Positions 53,743 to 64,000 of a DNA stretch of 64,000 nt are shown piece by piece; the first letter of the stretch is position 1; each line of letters starts with the position of its first letter. The notes under the pieces were generated by a model. It had not been told where the DNA came from, ran no database searches, and saw only the letters and a list, made by a program, of their open reading frames with translations. Source of the stretch: an uncultured Thermoplasmata archaeon (GTDB lineage Archaea > Thermoplasmatota > Thermoplasmata > RBG-16-68-12); contig CAVYJM010000006.1 in the NCBI GenBank assembly GCA_963768855.1, positions 64,001-128,000 of the forward strand, written 5' to 3'. The translations under genes and the position numbers were made by a program.

Positions 53743-55569
53743 ATGGGCATTCCTCTTCTCACACTGCAAAACGTGGCACTCACCTTCGGCGGTACGCCCC
53801 TTCTGGAGGACGCGGGCCTATCCGTGACCGAGGGCGACCGCATCTGCATCGTTGGGCGCAACGGCTCCGGCAAATCCACGCTCATGAAGATCGCGGCGGG
53901 GCTGATCGAGCCGGACAGAGGCACGCGTTTCGTGCACCCGGGCATCACGCTGCGCTACCTGCCGCAGGAGCCGGATTTCGGCGCGCATAAGACGGTGCGG
54001 GCTTATGTCGAAAGCGGGCTTGCCCCGGGTGACGATCCGCACCAGGTGCGCGTGATCCTGGAGGAGCTTGGGCTCACGGGGGAGGAAGAGCCCGGAAAGG
54101 TGTCCGGCGGCGAGGCGCGCCGCGCGGCGCTGGCAAAGACGCTCGCGCCGAACCCGGATGTGTTGCTGCTGGACGAGCCGACCAACCACCTGGACATCCG
54201 GGCCATCGAATGGCTGGAGAGGCGGCTGGGCGGCATGCGCTCGGCGCTGGTCCTCATCAGCCACGACCGCCGGTTCCTGTCCAATCTGTCGCGCGGCACC
54301 GTATGGGTGGATCGCGGCGTGACGCGCAGCATCGCCATCGGCTTCAGCACCTTCGAGGCTTGGCGCGACGAAGCGCTGGCGCAGGAGGAACTGGAGCGGC
54401 ACAAGCTCGCGCGCAAGATCGAGCGCGAGGCGGATTGGCTGCGCTATGGCGTCACCGCGCGGCGGAAGCGCAATGTGCGCCGGCTGGGCGCGCTGCAGGC
54501 CATGCGGGAGGAGAAGCGGACCGCCAAGCGCGCGCCGGGCCAGGTCAAGCTGGAGGCGGCGGAGGGTACTGCTTCGGGCAAGCTTGTGATCGAGGCGAAG
54601 GCGATTTCGAAATCCTACGGCGCGGACCCCATCGTCGACAAATTCAGCATTCGCGTTAACCGCGGCGACCGCGTTGGCATCGCGGGTCCGAACGGCGCCG
54701 GCAAGACGACCCTCGTTAACATGTTGATTGGCAAGCTTGCTCCGGACGAGGGCACCGTGCGGCTTGGCGCAAACCTGGAAAGCGCTAGCCTGGAGCAGAA
54801 CCGCGACAGCCTGAAGCCCGATTGGACGGTGGCGGATGCGCTTACGGGCGGCAGCGGCGACGTGATCGTCATCAACGGCGTGGCCAAGCACGTTGCCACC
54901 TACATGCAGGACTTCCTGTTCCTGCCCGAACAAATGCGGACGCCGGTGAAGGTTCTATCCGGCGGCGAGCGCGCGCGCCTCATGCTGGCCCGGTCGCTTG
55001 CGAAGCCTTCGAACCTGCTCGTGCTCGACGAACCGACCAACGATCTCGACCTCGAAACGCTCGACGTGCTTGAGGAGATGCTTGCCGATTATGCGGGCAC
55101 GCTGATCCTCATCAGCCACGACCGCGATTTTCTCGACCGCGCCGTCACTTCCATCGTTGTGCCGGAGGGCAGCGGACGCTGGGTCGAATATGCGGGCGGC
55201 TGGTCGGACATGATCGTGCAACGCGGGAGCGCGCCGTTCTCCCCGCCGGGCACGGCCAAGCAGGCAAGGGCGGAGCGGAACGAGGCAAGGAAGAAGCCCG
55301 CGGATGCGGGCGAGGCGAAGCAGAAGCGCCGCCTGAGCTTTAACGAGAAGCATGCGCTGGAAACTCTGCCGGGCAGGATCGCGGGCCTGGAAAAGGAGAT
55401 TTCGGATTTGCAAGCGCAACTGGACGATCCCCGCCTCTATGCCAAGGACCGTCAGGCGTTCGAGACGGTGAGCGCTGCGTTGGTCAAAGCGCAAGCCGGG
55501 CTTGCCGAGGCCGAGCATCGCTGGCTTGAGCTTGAAATGCTCCGTGAAGACATCGCATCCAATCCTTAA
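53743..55569 (+). CDS. ABC-F family ATPase (Uup-like)
   Basis: Two ABC domains (GRNGSGKST, GPNGAGKTT), SGGE..R, LDEPTN, no TM helices, C-terminal coiled coil. Confidence 0.93.
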   Translation: MGIPLLTLQNVALTFGGTPLLEDAGLSVTEGDRICIVGRNGSGKSTLMKIAAGLIEPDRGTRFVHPGITLRYLPQEPDFGAHKTVRAYVESGLAPGDDPHQVRVILEELGLTGEEEPGKVSGGEARRAALAKTLAPNPDVLLLDEPTNHLDIRAIEWLERRLGGMRSALVLISHDRRFLSNLSRGTVWVDRGVTRSIAIGFSTFEAWRDEALAQEELERHKLARKIEREADWLRYGVTARRKRNVRRLGALQAMREEKRTAKRAPGQVKLEAAEGTASGKLVIEAKAISKSYGADPIVDKFSIRVNRGDRVGIAGPNGAGKTTLVNMLIGKLAPDEGTVRLGANLESASLEQNRDSLKPDWTVADALTGGSGDVIVINGVAKHVATYMQDFLFLPEQMRTPVKVLSGGERARLMLARSLAKPSNLLVLDEPTNDLDLETLDVLEEMLADYAGTLILISHDRDFLDRAVTSIVVPEGSGRWVEYAGGWSDMIVQRGSAPFSPPGTAKQARAERNEARKKPADAGEAKQKRRLSFNEKHALETLPGRIAGLEKEISDLQAQLDDPRLYAKDRQAFETVSAALVKAQAGLAEAEHRWLELEMLREDIASNP

Positions 55570-55635
55570 GTAATTGAGCGGGATAAGCGCAGGCCCATAG
55601 GCGCTTAACACCGGATGGCGCAATGAACTGGGGCA

Positions 55636-55747
55636 TCTCCCCTCATCCTGTCCTTCTCCCCATGGGAGAAGGGACCCCTGAACAGTGCTTGGAGCGCGCA
55701 ACAACGTCCCCTCTCCCGTGGGGAGAGGGACAGGGTGAGGGGAGAGA
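55636..55747. repeat. REP-like double hairpin
   Basis: CTCCCCTCATCCTGTCCTTCTCCCCATGGGAGAAGGG...GGGAGAGGGACAGGGTGAGGGGAG. Confidence 0.85.
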
Positions 55748-56051
55748 CCGCTGTTATGTTCGCCGCCAGGCCGATTGGAAACACCCTAAGTACAAGCTCA
55801 ATACTAATTCCACGAATTACGTAAAATTTTCGAGAGTCCAAACCTGAAAGCCGTAGTACTGCAGTCTTTACTCGGCTTATTAAGGAAAAATAGGCTCCGC
55901 ATTGTGCGCGATGCCATGTGCTTAAATTTGCCGGAGATATTTCTGCAAGCCGGGCCTCTTTTTGAGGCGGCGTTAACTCAGCCGAAACCTGGCACCGTAT
56001 AACTACAACGCAGGATTGCGCGCCGTTGCGGCTACTCTTATGGAGTGTGGG

Positions 56052-57792
56052 ATGCGGTTATCGAGAATTTCAAAATTGGCGAGCGCGGCCGTCGTCGCGG
56101 GCTTCGCGCTGACCATCGGCGTCAGTCTTTACAGCTTGGGAGAGTTCAAGATTGGCGGGGCGCTATGCGACAAGATTATGCTGGGAAAGGATTTGGTTTC
56201 CGATATCTTGCCTCCTCCGGAATACATTATCGAGCCATATCTTGAGACGTCCCTGCTGGCAAAAGAACCTCAGTCCATATCTGAGCGTCGCAAACGGCTG
56301 ACCGAGCTTAAAAAGGACTATGACAGCCGCCATGAATACTGGGCTGCGCAAGACATAGACGCGCAAGTAAAATCGCAGCTTCTGCAAAAAGCGAATGAGC
56401 CTGCCCAACGCTTTTGGCAAATCCTGGAAACGAGCTTCTATCCCGCCGTCGAGAAGAAGGATTTGAGGCGCCATCGAGGCGGCTTTTCAGAAACTGACCA
56501 TCGCGTATGCGCAGCATAGGGCCGCAATCGAAGAAACGGTTGCCCTGGCAAATAAGAGCAATGACGGGATCGTTGCCGAGTCATTGCAATTTGCCCGGAA
56601 TGTTAATCTTGTGCTTGTCTTCCTTTCGTGCGTGGTCTTGGCACTTGCCATTGCCATCGCTTGGGGAGTGCCGGCTTTGATCCTCAAGCCGCTCCACCAA
56701 ATGTGCAACTCGATTCTGTCGCTGGCGAATGGCAGGCATGAACTGGCCATCCCCATGACCTCCAGGAAGGACGAGCTTGGCGATATCGCGCGCTCGGTCG
56801 AGGTTCTCCGGCAGAAAGCAATCGAGCACGAGACGCAGCAGGAGAGCATGAACGAAGCGAAGGAACGGGAGTTCCAAGGCCAGCGGAACCTCGCAGCCAA
56901 GGCCCAGCATTTCAGAAACATAATCACCAAGGTTGTCGACGGCTTGGGCGAGCAGGTGAGCCAATTGCAAGGAACCGCCGGAGCCCTGTCGGAGGCATCG
57001 GAAACCGCGACCTTCGAAGCGGCGAACGCCGCCAATGTTTCCGCCAGCGCCGCCGACAACTCCAACGCGGTGGCTGCGGCGACCGAGGAGCTGAGCTGCT
57101 CGATCCGGGAGATCTCGGATCAGGCGCACCGGACGAATGCGGTCGTCGAGGCCGCTGACAACGAGGCCAAGCGCACGAACCAGGATGTCGGGCGGCTTGC
57201 GAGCGCGGCCGAGGAGATCGGCTCCATCGTGGCGGTGATCCGCAGCATCGCCGATCAGACCAATCTTCTGGCGCTGAATGCCACCATCGAAGCGGCGCGT
57301 GCGGGCGAGTCGGGCCGCGGTTTCGCGGTGGTGGCCGCCGAGGTGAAGGAGCTTTCGGCGCAAACCGCCAAGGCAACCGACGCGATTGCCGAGCAAATCC
57401 ACGCGATCCAGGATTCGACGAGCGCCGCGGTCGGCGCCATCCAGTCGGTTTCCGGCAAGGTGGGCGAGATCCAGGCATTCACCGGCGCGATCGCAGCCGC
57501 GGTCGAGCAGCAGACGGCTGCCGCGCAGGAGATCGCCAACAATGTGTCGCTCGCCGCCACGGCAAGCGAGAAGGCAGCGAGGAGTTCCAGCGAGGTCTCG
57601 CAATCGGCGACCCAGACCAAGCAGCAGGCGGCGTCGCTCTCCAAGGTCTCCACGCAGCTTTCCGGGCTTGCGTCTCAGCTTTCGGCGGCGTTGAAAGATT
57701 TTGGCGGCGGCAGCCAATTCCCGGACGGCTCCTTCAACTCTCCCATGGCGGCCGAAGAAGAAGGGGGCTTCGCTTTTCGCGCTGCTGCGTAA
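56052..57792 (+). CDS. Methyl-accepting chemotaxis protein, frameshift near 56470
   Basis: Two TM helices, [15 protein letters not shown] sensor, [34 protein letters not shown]. Confidence 0.93.
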
Positions 57793-58045
57793 GGCTGCCG
57801 CGTAAACCGGAATCCGGCGGCGGCCCGCCTCCCCGGCGTATCGTTTTGCAAGCGCAAGGCTGTCCTGGGGTGGACTCTGCCGTAAGCTTTGGAGCCCTGG
57901 CAATACCAGCCCGGCCGATTGCCTGACGCGGATAGGGTGTAGCGGGTTCGATCTGTGAAATAGAAATATAGGCGGTCTTGTTTGCTGCCGGCTGTCCTCT
58001 AAATCAACGGGGGGCAATGCCCACTCTCTATGGAATGCGGCGATC

Positions 58046-58963
58046 ATGGCTGATCCCTATAAAACGCTCGGGCTTACGAAGACTGCGACGGACGAAGAGA
58101 TCCGCAAGGCTTACCGCAAGCTCGCCAAGGAGCACCATCCGGACTTGAACCCCGGCAACAAGGAAGCCGAGGCGCGGTTCAAGGACATTTCCGCCGCTTA
58201 CACCCTGTTGAGCGACCCGGAAAAGCGCCGGGCCTTCGACGCCGGCGAGACGGACGCGTCCGGCCAGCCTCAGGCCGAGCGCCGGTTCTACCGCGATTAT
58301 GCGGGCGCTGGCGGAGGCTTCCGCTACGAGCGCCCGGAGGATTTGGGCGGCTTCGCGGATTTGGGCGGTATTTTCGCCGATCTCATGCAAGGGCGGCGCG
58401 GGGGGCAGCGCGGCGGCCCTGGAACGCAGTTCCGCATGCGCGGCGGGGATGTGCACTACGCGCTTCCCGTGGAGTTCCTCGAAGCCGTGAACGGCGCCAA
58501 GAAGCGCATCGATATGCCGGACGGCAAGACGCTGGACATCGCCATCCCCGCGGGCGTCCAGGACGGCCAGACGTTGCGCCTCAAGGGGCAGGGCGCGCCG
58601 GGCTTGGGCGGCGGCCCGGCCGGCGATGCGCTCATCACGGTCACGGTGCGCCCGCATCCAGTCTTCCGCCGCGACGGCAACGATATCAAGTCCGTGCTGC
58701 CCATCACCTTGAACGAGGCGCTTTCCGGCGGCAGTGTTCCGGTCGAGACCATCACGGGGCCGGTGAGCCTCAAAATCCCCAAGCATTCCAACAGCGGCCG
58801 CATCTTGCGCCTGCGCGGCAAGGGCGTGCAGGGTAAAGTGAAAGGCGACCACCTGGTGGAGCTGCAGGTGACGATGCCGCCGCATCCGGATGAGGCCCTT
58901 GAAAAGGCCGTTGCCGAATGGGAGAGCCAGCACCCCTATAATCCGCGGGGAGGCGGGCGATGA
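58046..58963 (+). CDS. cbpA: DnaJ-class co-chaperone (CbpA-like)
   Basis: J-domain with HPD; no Zn finger; DnaJ C-terminal domain; followed by cbpM. Confidence 0.9.
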   Translation: MADPYKTLGLTKTATDEEIRKAYRKLAKEHHPDLNPGNKEAEARFKDISAAYTLLSDPEKRRAFDAGETDASGQPQAERRFYRDYAGAGGGFRYERPEDLGGFADLGGIFADLMQGRRGGQRGGPGTQFRMRGGDVHYALPVEFLEAVNGAKKRIDMPDGKTLDIAIPAGVQDGQTLRLKGQGAPGLGGGPAGDALITVTVRPHPVFRRDGNDIKSVLPITLNEALSGGSVPVETITGPVSLKIPKHSNSGRILRLRGKGVQGKVKGDHLVELQVTMPPHPDEALEKAVAEWESQHPYNPRGGGR

Positions 58964-59295
58964 TCACGGAGGCAGAAATCGTTGCGCGCTTCGGCCGGCT
59001 TGAGGCGCATGTGCTGCAGCGCTGGATCGCGGCGGGCTGGGTCAAGCCGCGGGAGAGCGGGGCGGGGTTTCTGTTCGACGAGGCCGACGTGGCGCGCACG
59101 CACCTGCTTTGCGACCTGTCGTTCGATATGGAGCTGCACGACGAGGAACTGGCGATTGTGCTGTCGCTGATCGACCGGCTCAACGGGACGCGAACCATGC
59201 TGCAGGCGCTTACCGCCGCGGTGGAAAGCCAGCCTGAGCCGGTGCGCGACGCGATCCTGGCCGAGATGCGCGCGCTTTTGGGGGCGGGAGAGTAA
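58960..59295 (+). CDS. cbpM: Chaperone modulator CbpM
   Basis: WIAAGWVKP....FDEADVAR..L..DL..D...LAIVLSLIDRL; ATGA overlap with cbpA. Confidence 0.85.
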   Translation: MITEAEIVARFGRLEAHVLQRWIAAGWVKPRESGAGFLFDEADVARTHLLCDLSFDMELHDEELAIVLSLIDRLNGTRTMLQALTAAVESQPEPVRDAILAEMRALLGAGE

Positions 59296-59521
59296 TACCA
59301 ACCGTCATCGGTTTTGACCGGTCTTTCCCGATTGCGTGGGGCATCGCCCGAAGCCGCCTTCTCCTCCGCGCCGTTGCCTGCATCGCCATGGCGGCTCAGA
59401 TTTTGGGCGGCCGGCATAAGCTTCCGGCGCATCTCCAGTCACCTCCTGTTAACCCAGTCCAGCGGCCCAACCCCTCGTTTCGAGCCGTCTTTTCAATTTG
59501 AGACAGTATAGCATGAGTGCT

Positions 59522-59536
59522 TTAATGTTTCGTTAA
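59522..59536. promoter_or_regulatory. CtrA-type box TTAA-N7-TTAA
   Basis: TTAA TGTTTCG TTAA. Confidence 0.6.
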
Positions 59537-59557
59537 AAGCTCGCCGTCCACCGCAAG

Positions 59558-59749
59558 TCATTGATGTTTATCGGTAATATTCGTTGGCGCGCCCGCCCTC
59601 GGACCGCGCGATTGGTTAATTTGAAAGTTGCGCGTATATTTAAACGGATTCTGGAAGCGTAGAATTCGACCGAAAACGGCAAAAGATTCGCAGAAAGTGG
59701 CGGGCGAAAAATATGAAGATCCGCCGTTTACCATGCCGGCATTAAGCAT
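59558..59749 (-). CDS. Putative 63-aa small protein, FCESF family copy 2
   Basis: MLNAGMVNGGSSYFSPATFCESFAVFGRILRFQNPFKYTRNFQIN... Confidence 0.5.
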   Translation of the reverse strand: MLNAGMVNGGSSYFSPATFCESFAVFGRILRFQNPFKYTRNFQINQSRGPRAGAPTNITDKHQ

Positions 59750-59882
59750 ATCGCGGCTGTAGGCGAAACAAACGATCCATTAACCCGGCGCGAAATCCGC
59801 GTCTGTTTCGTGCGGTTGCTTTCGGACGCCCACGCCTGCTTTGCCGCCTCGCGATGACGGCGGATTGCGCTGCCAGAACTCG

Positions 59883-59987
59883 CTAGAGCCTATCCGCTTT
59901 TGATGGAATCAAAAGCGGGCTCTAACTTTTTGTTTTGCCGTGCGTCTTTCGGAAAACCGCTTCACACTTTTCCGGACGCACGCTAAG
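59883..59987. repeat. CTAG-targeted CIR/Bru-RS-like element with a central GANTC
   Basis: CCGCTTTTGAT-GGA-ATCAAAAGCGG palindrome plus GGAAAACCGCTTCACACTTTTCC; near-identical copy at 63083. Confidence 0.8.
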
Positions 59988-60165
59988 GGACCGGCAAACC
60001 GCCACGCCGCGCGAGCACACGCAGATGCTCGATGGCCGCTAAGTATCGCAGGCGCAATGGACAGCAGCCTTTCGCGCGTCGAGAAGCATCTGGGTTTCGT
60101 TGAGGCTTAGACGGTCTCCGCCACCCGGCTTGCCAAACAGGCCAGCCTAAGCGCATATTTGCATC

Positions 60166-60384
60166 ATGAACGAGCGCGTGAGACATATCGCCGAACAGGA
60201 GCGGCAATTGACGCCTGAGGAGCGGGCCGATCTTTGCGATCTGCTACTCGTCATGATGCACGCGGCCCCGCCGGGTTTGGGCGAAGACTGGGAAGAGGAA
60301 ATAGAGCGCCGTGCCGCGGAAATCGATCGCGGCGAGGTTGTTCTGCAAGACTTCGATGAAGCGATGCGCGATTTGCGCGCTTCA
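60166..60384 (+). CDS. Putative addiction-module antitoxin component, solitary (3' end unclear)
   Basis: LTPEERADL.D.L......W.EEIERR.AEIDRGEV...D.DEAM..LR. Confidence 0.7.
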
Positions 60385-60687
60385 GCATCAAACACTTCGC
60401 TAGATCAGCAAGCCCGCTCTCTGATCGCTTTGCGGACTACCAAGCATTCATGCTCCGGCACGAGGGGACCAGGTTATGGGTGGCGGTCTCGCTCCCAGCT
60501 CGGCTCCGTCCAGACCGAGGCGAGCGCCGCGGCCAGCTGCGTCCGGCTCTTCGGCAAGGTACTCCGGAATGAGGTGGTCAATGCAAACGTCATTCCAACG
60601 GATAGACTGCCGGTGGTAAAAGCACTTGAAATCATAAGCCGCCCACAGCGCATACTTCAGGCTTGGGCTGATTTTCTGTTGCGACAT
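60300..60687 (-). pseudogene. HNH endonuclease-like gene, disrupted
   Basis: KYALWAAYDFKCFYH......IDHLIPEYL, then NLVPSCRSMN in a shifted frame; 3' end uncertain. Confidence 0.55.
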
Positions 60688-60735
60688 AAGAACAGGTGGA
60701 CCGAAGTCGGTCGCCGAAGGCAAGTCTCACCCAAC

Positions 60736-61708
60736 ATGGACAAGATCAAGGCCAATCTCGAGTTCGTAGCCCGTGTTGCTGACGAGTTTAACGGAACGCT
60801 CAATGCATTTTCATCTCTCATCCGGGTTGAAATGTTGATCGATGATGCTGAGCGCGCTGCCCGTGCCTACGCGGTCTCTGCCGCCGGAAAGGCCATACGC
60901 TCACCGCGAATTCGAATTGGACATTGTGTCCTACTACTCTGTTGGTTTTGTCACCTCCTTGGAGTGGCACGCACGGTCGCGGCTCGCCGACCTGTTCACC
61001 TATGCGCCCGGTAGCATCGCCGACGACGACCTCACGAAGGACACCGGTACAAAGGTTCTGCGGCAGCTCATCGCCGTCAACGCCAGCATTCCCCAGTACC
61101 TCGCCGCCACTCGTAACTACTCGACCGCGTCCGCTTACCTGAGCGTCTTTACCCGGCTATTCAAAGCCCTCAACATCCGGCCCGACCCCAAACGCATCCT
61201 TCACGATGTGGATGTGCCTGGCACAATTCCCGGCACTACAGCCCTGGAAGCGTTCGAAGCGCTTTACGATTACAGGAACAGCCTCGTACATGAGATTACC
61301 GAGGAACACGTCGGCCACCCCATCCATCACAATGTATGGAACTGGGAGACCGCCATCGCCTACGGTCGCTTCGTCCTGAGTTTCATGAAGGCGCTCGAGG
61401 CGACGATAACCAACACTGGTCCGAGCGACTTCCCAAACAGGGTGATGGCCGACGGCGGGCCCGAAAACGTTGACGACCGCCTTGACAGCGAAATTGCCGG
61501 GCTACGAGCCGAAATTAACGCTAAGCTGAACAACTTCGCGCCCGCTCTCCGCGCGTCGCGCGCTGCCCTGGATGCCGAGCAAGAGATGCTGAACCACGCC
61601 CACATCTTTTATAGCCGGTGGTTCGACTTCAAAGCACCAGTGAGACGCGCGCTCCGGCGTGGGCGGCTCCTTTACCTGAAGGCGCTACGTGAAGCTGCTG
61701 AAGACTAA
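60736..61708 (+). CDS. HEPN-domain protein (RNSLVH) with a helical C-terminal extension; one indel near 60880
   Basis: MDKIKANLEF.. joined to YYSVGFVTSLEWHARSRLADLF..LYDYRNSLVHEI. Confidence 0.6.
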
Positions 61709-61959
61709 GAGGGTTCGCCACGGTACTCAGCTCATTTTGGCCCGCAAAACGGAAGCCGGAATACCACGCAACTTCCGCTTTCACCGCATCCCCGACCTTA
61801 GCATCAGGTGCGCCCAGAGCAGCGTCGGCTGAACGGCAGATTGCCATCGGTTCTTGGAAAGGACGGCAACTGGATCTGACAGCCGACCTAGTGCAATTGA
61901 GACTGCGAGAATATCGGGACGGCCGCTTTCGACCCAATCCGTTCATTAGCGCAAAGAGG

Positions 61960-62474
61960 TTGCCCTGAAGAATTCGATCACACTCATCCTTGGCGGCGCG
62001 CGGTCGGGCAAGAGCGCGTATGCGGAGCGGCTCGTCGGTGCACTGCCGCCGCCTTGGGTTTATTGTGCGACGGCCCAAGCGCTCGACGATGAGATGCGCG
62101 AGCGTATCGGCCATCACCAGAAGCGGCGCGGGGAGGGCTGGCGGACCGCCGAAGCGCCGCTCGATATTGCGCCGCTGCTTGAAGCTGAAACCCGGCCTAT
62201 TCTGGTGGATTGTCTGACGCTTTGGCTGACGAATATCATGCTGGCCGGAATGGATGTGGACGCCGAAACCGCGAAGCTGATCGCCGCCGCGCGGACCTCG
62301 CGTGCGCCCATCGTGTTCGTCTCGAACGAGGTTGGTCTTGGCATCGTGCCCGATAACGCGCTGGCCCGCGAGTTCCGCGACCGCGCCGGCCGGCTCAATC
62401 AAGCGGTGGCCGCCATCGCGAACCGGGTGGTGTTCATGGTTGCGGGCCTGCCGATGGTGTTGAAAGATGAGTGA
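61960..62474 (+). CDS. cobU: Adenosylcobinamide kinase/guanylyltransferase
   Basis: ILGGARSGKSAYAE; LVDCLTLWLTN; VSNEVGLGIVP; FMVAGLP; the start needs one-base repair. Confidence 0.92.
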
Positions 62475-63086
62475 TCCCGCCGCGCCGCAAGATGGCCTTC
62501 GCGCCACAGGGCGAAGATGGAAAAGCGCAAAGCCGTGCAGGATGCGGAGGTTGCGTCGAAAACTGCCGGCGGCGGGCTGCTGATGGTGCATACCGGGCCC
62601 GGCAAGGGCAAGTCCACGGCCGCCTGGGGGCTCGCGCTGCGGGCGCTGGGCCATGGCTGGCGTGTGGGCGTCGTGCAGTTCATCAAGGGCGCGTGGGAGA
62701 CGGGCGAGCGTGCGGCCTTTGCACGTTTCGGCGATCAGGTGTCCTGGCACACGATGGGCGAGGGCTTCACCTGGGAGACGCAGGATAAGGCGCGCGACAT
62801 GGCGGCGGCGCAAGCGGCGTGGGCCAAGGCGCGCGAGTTGATGGCGGACCCGGGCATCGGGCTCTTGGTCCTGGACGAGCTGAACATCGCGCTGCGCTAC
62901 GATTATCTGCCGCTGGCCGATGTGATCGAGGCGCTGAAGGCCCGCCGTCCTGAGCTGACCGTGATCGTGACCGGCCGCAACGCCAAGCCGGAGCTTGTTG
63001 CCGCCGCCGATTGCGTGACGGAGATGGGCGCGGTGAAGCATCATTTCGCGGCGGGCTTCAAGGCACAGGAAGGCATCGAGTTCTAG
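62467..63086 (+). CDS. cobO: Cob(I)yrinate a,c-diamide adenosyltransferase (5' indel)
   Basis: HTGPGKGKSTAAWG; QFIKG; MGEGFTW; LDELNIAL; TGRNA; KHHF.AG.KAQ.GIEF. Confidence 0.93.
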
Positions 63087-63188
63087 AGCCTAACCGCTTT
63101 TGATGGAATCAAAAGCGGGCTCTAACTTTTTGTTTTGCCGTGCGTCTTTTCGGAAAACCGCTTCGCACTTTTCCGGACGCACTCTAAG
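63083..63188. repeat. CTAG-targeted CIR/Bru-RS-like element, second copy
   Basis: Begins at the cobO TAG stop (CTAG); differs from 59883..59987 at only a few positions. Confidence 0.8.
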
Positions 63189-63202
63189 CGAGGAGATAGG
63201 CT

Positions 63203-63865
63203 ATGACCACGCCCGGCCCGAGATTGATCGCCTTCGAAATCCTGTTTGCCCTTGTCTATATTGGGCTCGCCATTCTTGGCTGGGGCGGCTTTGCGCCGTT
63301 CTTCTCCCATCCGCCGCTGATCGCGGTCACTGCAATATTCTTCGCGCTGCTGGGAGCCGCATTGTTCACAGCCGGAAATCTGAGCTCTGGAGAGCGCGAG
63401 GACCGCTCGAACCGCTGGGTGCTGCCGGTTTTCGGCGTTATCGGGTTCGCTAGCGCCTATTTGCCGGCCTACACGGACAGGATTGGGTTCTGGACGATTG
63501 ACGGCGATAGCGTCCGCTGGCTCGGCGTATTTCTGTTCGCCGCTGGCGGGGCGTTGCGGATTGGGCCGGTCTTCATCCTGGGCCATCGGTTCAGCGGGCT
63601 GGTCGCGATCCAGCCGGGCCATACGCTGGTCACGGACGGCCTGTACGGCATCATCCGCCACCCGAGCTATCTGGGACTGCTCGTAGGCACCCTTGGCTGG
63701 GCGCTCGCCTTCCGGTCCGGTGTGGGCTTGGTTCTGACCGCGCTGCTTATCCCGCCGCTGCTCGCCCGCATCCGCGCCGAGGAAGCGTTGCTGCGCTCCG
63801 AATTCGGTGCTGAGTACGTTGCCTATCGCAGCCGCACGTGGCGGCTCGTTCCTGGACTGTTTTGA
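63203..63865 (+). CDS. Isoprenylcysteine carboxylmethyltransferase (ICMT/Ste14) family membrane protein
   Basis: HTLVTDGLYGIIRHPSYLG; RIRAEEALL..FG.EY..Y..RTWRLVPG. Confidence 0.9.
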   Translation: MTTPGPRLIAFEILFALVYIGLAILGWGGFAPFFSHPPLIAVTAIFFALLGAALFTAGNLSSGEREDRSNRWVLPVFGVIGFASAYLPAYTDRIGFWTIDGDSVRWLGVFLFAAGGALRIGPVFILGHRFSGLVAIQPGHTLVTDGLYGIIRHPSYLGLLVGTLGWALAFRSGVGLVLTALLIPPLLARIRAEEALLRSEFGAEYVAYRSRTWRLVPGLF

Positions 63866-64000
63866 TGCACTCCGCTGGCGCGTGCACCGGGGCCAAAGCA
63901 AATTGTGCTGTCATAATGCGCTGTGCGGGTCGCTTCGCCGTGTCACTTCATCGTTGCGATAACGGCCGGGATTTGGTATCGGATTGCAGCGGCTTTCTGA

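Noticed and set aside
60166-61014. 282-aa ORF as an antitoxin fusion protein
   Set aside because: It is a read-through joining the antitoxin, the antisense of the HNH gene and the HEPN N-terminus; the middle part has no protein-like character.
61709-61959. Cobalamin riboswitch upstream of cobU
   Set aside because: The B12-box and GGGAA/GCCACTG core motifs could not be found by eye; an Rfam scan would settle it.

Overview
GC-rich alphaproteobacterial chromosome segment. Gene content, CtrA boxes and REP families point to Hyphomicrobiales/Rhizobiales; this is inference. The backbone is housekeeping: methylmalonyl-CoA mutase subunits, carB, greA, lrp-trxB-lsrB/vtlR, cobB/cbiD, rpmF, carD, tatABC, scpA/scpB, nagZ, mutL, pgi, two M16 peptidases, an HWE kinase, putA, an ABC-F ATPase, an MCP, cbpA/cbpM and cobU/cobO. 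Many conserved genes are broken by single-base indels, most likely long-read consensus errors, so several gene models were rebuilt by hand across frames. Accessory content: about eight toxin-antitoxin-type loci, four families of palindromic intergenic repeats (one copy lies inside cobB), a DUF6745 two-gene module, an HNH/HEPN mini-island, and a locus of two secreted Gly/Ser/Thr-rich proteins plus a large outer-membrane beta-barrel. The most unusual signal is a dispersed, divergent module with 3 full copies and 1 partial copy. It encodes a conserved 42-66 aa peptide (YFxPxxFCESFxVFGxILRFQNPFKY) with many synonymous substitutions, carries two GANTC sites, and in two copies is flanked by a CtrA-type box. 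No tRNA, rRNA, CRISPR array, integrase or transposase was found.
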